A stretch of DNA of 16,783 nucleotides, taken from Acidaminobacteraceae bacterium (GTDB lineage Bacteria; Bacillota; Clostridia; Peptostreptococcales; Acidaminobacteraceae). The position numbers were made by a program, and so were the translations under genes. The stretch lies in assembly GCA_041781135.1 (NCBI GenBank), contig JBHAZV010000031.1, positions 1-16,783 of the forward strand. Direction: 5' to 3'. Shown one piece after another: positions 14,351-16,783 of the stretch; positions within the stretch are counted from its first letter, which is position 1, and every line of letters starts with the position of its first letter. The notes beneath the pieces are model-generated. The model was not told where the DNA came from and ran no database searches. It worked only from the letters and a program-made list of their open reading frames with translations.

Positions 14351-16002
14351 TTTTTCTCCTTTCTTTTGAAAATACGCAAAACCTTCTTGATAATTCCCTC
14401 TTTTTTTGGTGCTGCAACGCCTGCCGCCGCAATCACTTTAGTATCTTCGGCAAAGTTTTTGGCGGATTTGCTCATAGAGCTATCGACAAATTCTCGCTCC
14501 GCTTTTTCGGCTCGCATTGCACCGCCGCGCGCCGAAAATTTCGCTCCGTCAGCTTGTTTGCCGTTATATACCATTCCTTCAAAACGTGCGGAATCACCGA
14601 CGCGTTTTTTCCTGCCTTTCTTTTTGCCGGCGCCTTGCCCAGCAGCCCGCTTGCTGTCGCCGTTTGCTTTCTGTTCGTCGGCAACTATTATCGCCTTGCC
14701 CTCGCGAGGTCTGCCCGGATCATAATCATCAATTTCTCTGAAGCCTACCCCGTAAACATTGTTTGATTCACCGGATTTTGAGCCACGTTTTTTATTAGCC
14801 TTACCGATACTTTGCGAGGATTCCGGCAGCGGCAATTCCTCTATCATTACTCCGGCGTGCTCCTCTATTGTATACAATTGAAACAGTTCTCCATCCGAAA
14901 CAAACGACAGCGCCAATCCTCTCTTGCCAGCCCTTCCTGTCCTGCCTATTCTATGAATATAAGAGTCTTTTTCTATCGGCAGATTATAGTTTATAACCAA
15001 TTCGAGATCTTCAATATGCAGCCCGCGCGCTGCGACGTCCGTAGCAACAAGCACTCTGAATTCGCCATTCTTAAATTGATTCAGAAACTTAAGACGCAAT
15101 GTCTGCGAATTAGCTCCATGAATTGATTTTGCAGTTATTCCGCGCCCGCACAAAAAATCTGTAACCCTGTCTACTTCGAACCTTGTGTTGCAAAAAACTA
15201 TGCAGCTTGCGGGGTTATAGTGCCGCAAAACATCGTAAAGACGCGTACGCTTTTCGTTTTTTGCGACGAGGTAATGATACTGTGTCACTTCCTCTACCGT
15301 CTTTACATCAGAACTTAGCTCTATTATTACCGGATCATTCAGATATTTTGTACTGAGCGCCTTGATTTCATCCGGAATAGTTGCTGAAAAAAGATATGTA
15401 GTCCGCTGTTTGGATGTGCGGCCAATAATCTTATCCACCTGTGAAATGAAACCCATATCGAGCATTCTGTCCGCTTCATCTAAAACGACAATATCAAACT
15501 CCGCAGGATCGAAACTCCCCTGCTCCATGTGATCCAGCACCCTGCCCGGTGTACCGACAAGAATATCGAAGCCCTTTTCAAACTTGGCAAATTCAACATT
15601 CATGCTGTGCTTGCCGTAAACTACAACACTTTTTATTTTTTCATATTTGCCAATCTTTGAAATCTCCGCCTCGACCTGTACCGCCAATTCGCGCGTCGGG
15701 GAAAGCACAAGGCAGCGCTTTGCGCCGCCGTTCCTGATCAACTGTACTGACGGAATGCCAAACGACGCAGTCTTGCCGGAACCGGTTCTCGAAAGAACTA
15801 TCAAATCCCGCTTCTCAAGCGCTGGACCAATTGTCATGCTCTGAACCGGAGTAGGACTTTCGTAGCCCATCTCCGCAAGCCCTCGCACAATGCTGCCCGA
15901 AAGCTCAAAATCTGAAAAATGCCGGTATTGCTCGTTCCGCTCGACAACTTGTTCCTCGACAAATTGTTCTACTGTATCTTTTTCTTGTATATTGCTGCTC
16001 AT
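14347..16002 (-). CDS. DEAD-box ATP-dependent RNA helicase with long basic C-terminal extension
   Basis: 551 aa. Q motif GYESPTPVQ, motif I SRTGSGKT, Ia PTRELA, Ib TPGR, II DEAD, III SAT, V ARGLHI, VI HRIGRTGRAG. Residues ~393-551 are Lys/Arg/Gly/Ala-rich. The stop overlaps the next start as ATGA. Confidence 0.93.
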   Translation of the reverse strand: MSSNIQEKDTVEQFVEEQVVERNEQYRHFSDFELSGSIVRGLAEMGYESPTPVQSMTIGPALEKRDLIVLSRTGSGKTASFGIPSVQLIRNGGAKRCLVLSPTRELAVQVEAEISKIGKYEKIKSVVVYGKHSMNVEFAKFEKGFDILVGTPGRVLDHMEQGSFDPAEFDIVVLDEADRMLDMGFISQVDKIIGRTSKQRTTYLFSATIPDEIKALSTKYLNDPVIIELSSDVKTVEEVTQYHYLVAKNEKRTRLYDVLRHYNPASCIVFCNTRFEVDRVTDFLCGRGITAKSIHGANSQTLRLKFLNQFKNGEFRVLVATDVAARGLHIEDLELVINYNLPIEKDSYIHRIGRTGRAGKRGLALSFVSDGELFQLYTIEEHAGVMIEELPLPESSQSIGKANKKRGSKSGESNNVYGVGFREIDDYDPGRPREGKAIIVADEQKANGDSKRAAGQGAGKKKGRKKRVGDSARFEGMVYNGKQADGAKFSARGGAMRAEKAEREFVDSSMSKSAKNFAEDTKVIAAAGVAAPKKEGIIKKVLRIFKRKEKK

Positions 16003-16173
16003 ATCCCTCTGTAATCTCTCCGATGCAAAAACAAGACAACTTTTACACCGCTTAGCTATTTAATCAAAGTTACACGACTTTGTCAATCCAACGCAATTGC
16101 GCTTGCATTTGCATTTATTAAGCCCAAGCGGATCCCATACATACACCGCGCCAACAGGAGACACTTCATTTCA
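16003..16173 (-). promoter_or_regulatory. predicted ~170-nt 5' leader of the helicase operon
   Basis: This is the distance from the predicted start (~7 nt after the -10) to ATG 16002. It contains the 10-bp palindrome CGCAATTGCG (16092-16101), tandem TTGCAT x2, and UCUCCU (rc of 16156-16161), which is complementary to GGAGA just upstream of the start codon. Confidence 0.4.
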
Positions 16174-16179
16174 TGGATT

Positions 16180-16208
16180 ATTATACCATCTCTTCGAAAA
16201 TATGTCAA
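16180..16208 (-). promoter_or_regulatory. consensus sigma-A/sigma-70 promoter with extended -10, driving the helicase gene
   Basis: On the minus strand, TTGACA (rc of 16203-16208), exactly 17 nt (tattttcgaagagatgg, ending in TGG, which supplies the TGn of an extended -10) and TATAAT (rc of 16180-16185). An A/T-rich stretch, aaaatttatat, lies upstream. Confidence 0.7.
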
Positions 16209-16645
16209 TATAAATTTTGTCTAAAAACCTTTGACAAATCTTATCAACAACAACCTTTCATTATTATACTTTACTTGCAAATGAGTTATAGCACACATTT
16301 TGATAAGCCGTACAAATAAACAGTTCTTTTTACTTCAGTTCTATACGATTTTATCGCCATATCTTCGTTTGACGATGAGAATTTGATTTTAGACAACAAA
16401 AAACTTGATATATTTGATACAAGGGGAAATACCCATTTTTATCGTCCCTTAAATGCTTAATAATTCTTCTATAGGTTCAGACCGCTTCAAATTCTTATCA
16501 TTAAACCTTTCCCAAACTGCGGCGATTAGTTACATTTAGTTTTTTGGGATTAGATTATGGTACACACGAGAGTTAGACACAATCGCAGCGCAAAAAACCA
16601 CTCTTTGCGAACGAATTCCACAGCCCCGATGGTACTGGCAAAATT

Positions 16646-16783
16646 TTACTTTTTGTCACACAGCAGCTTGGCTATCAGCATCCCGAAACACAACAACACA
16701 AAAAATATAAACTTCACCAATCCATTTATCATCTCTCCGAGCGACATCTTACCGTTACTGCCATTGCTATTACCTGCGTTCAT
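16646..16783 (-). CDS. possible small single-TM protein, or the 3' end of a CDS continuing beyond the right edge
   Basis: The reverse complement from the window edge reads MNAGNSNGSNGKMSLGEMINGLVKFIFFVLLCFGMLIAKLLCDKK, then TAA at 16646-16648. It has one clear hydrophobic helix. The upstream sequence and RBS lie outside the window, so neither the start nor the reality of the ORF can be judged. Confidence 0.3.
   Translation of the reverse strand: MNAGNSNGSNGKMSLGEMINGLVKFIFFVLLCFGMLIAKLLCDKK

Noticed and set aside
16173-16319. 48-aa plus-strand ORF (MDYYTISSKICQYKFCLKTFDKSYQQQ...) with AGGAGA 11 nt upstream
   Set aside because: It runs antisense through the consensus helicase promoter. Its composition is odd and low-complexity, and the SD spacing is long, so it is probably fortuitous. 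The AGGAGA is more simply the complement of the leader UCUCCU.
16240-16500. Several TTATC-containing 9-mers resembling DnaA boxes (e.g. TTATCAACA at 16240-16248, an 8 of 9 match to TTATCCACA)
   Set aside because: Only one is a near-consensus box. The roughly five TTATC cores are about what is expected by chance in 640 bp of AT-rich DNA, there is no dnaA/dnaN context, and there is no AT-rich 13-mer array.
16557-16783. Plus-strand open frame from ATG 16557 to the window edge (MVHTRVRHNRSAKNHSLRTNS...)
   Set aside because: It has no SD and a non-protein-like composition, and it is the antisense of a more plausible TM-helix-encoding minus-strand ORF. It cannot be resolved because the window ends here.

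Overview
This is a core-genome window that looks Firmicutes/Clostridia-like, and every convincing feature lies on the minus strand. In transcription order, from high to low coordinates, it contains the following. (1) A possible small TM ORF cut by the right edge. (2) About 640 bp of AT-rich non-coding DNA ending in a perfect consensus sigma-A promoter. (3) A tightly packed run of 16 CDS: DEAD-box helicase, a divergent MetRS-like class I aaRS, efp, a hyper-acidic Cys-tailed small protein, an Asp23-family protein, nusB, xseA, xseB, ispA, a divergent-PAP2 (YuiD/DUF212-type) membrane protein, dxs, tlyA, a split chromate-transporter pair, recN, and a polytopic membrane protein with a degenerate GGDEF-like tail. 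(4) An 8-tRNA operon (Asn-Glu-Val-Asp-Thr-Tyr-Gly-Arg, all with encoded CCA) with its own promoter, phased A-tracts and terminator. (5) The start of a lipoprotein gene cut by the left edge. The block efp...nusB-xseAB-ispA-dxs-tlyA...recN is the classical conserved Firmicutes synteny. I found no mobile element, CRISPR array, toxin-antitoxin or recognisable defence system, and I do not think this window hides a dramatic novel system. The items most worth a second look are: the MetRS-like enzyme with non-canonical catalytic motifs; the 40%-acidic protein with nine Cys in its last 27 residues; the DUF212/PAP2 gene at the position occupied by OLE RNA/oapA in other Firmicutes; the degenerate GGDEF membrane protein coupled to recN; and about 430 bp of unexplained non-coding DNA upstream of the helicase promoter. 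All family assignments come from motif reading by eye, and no searches were run.
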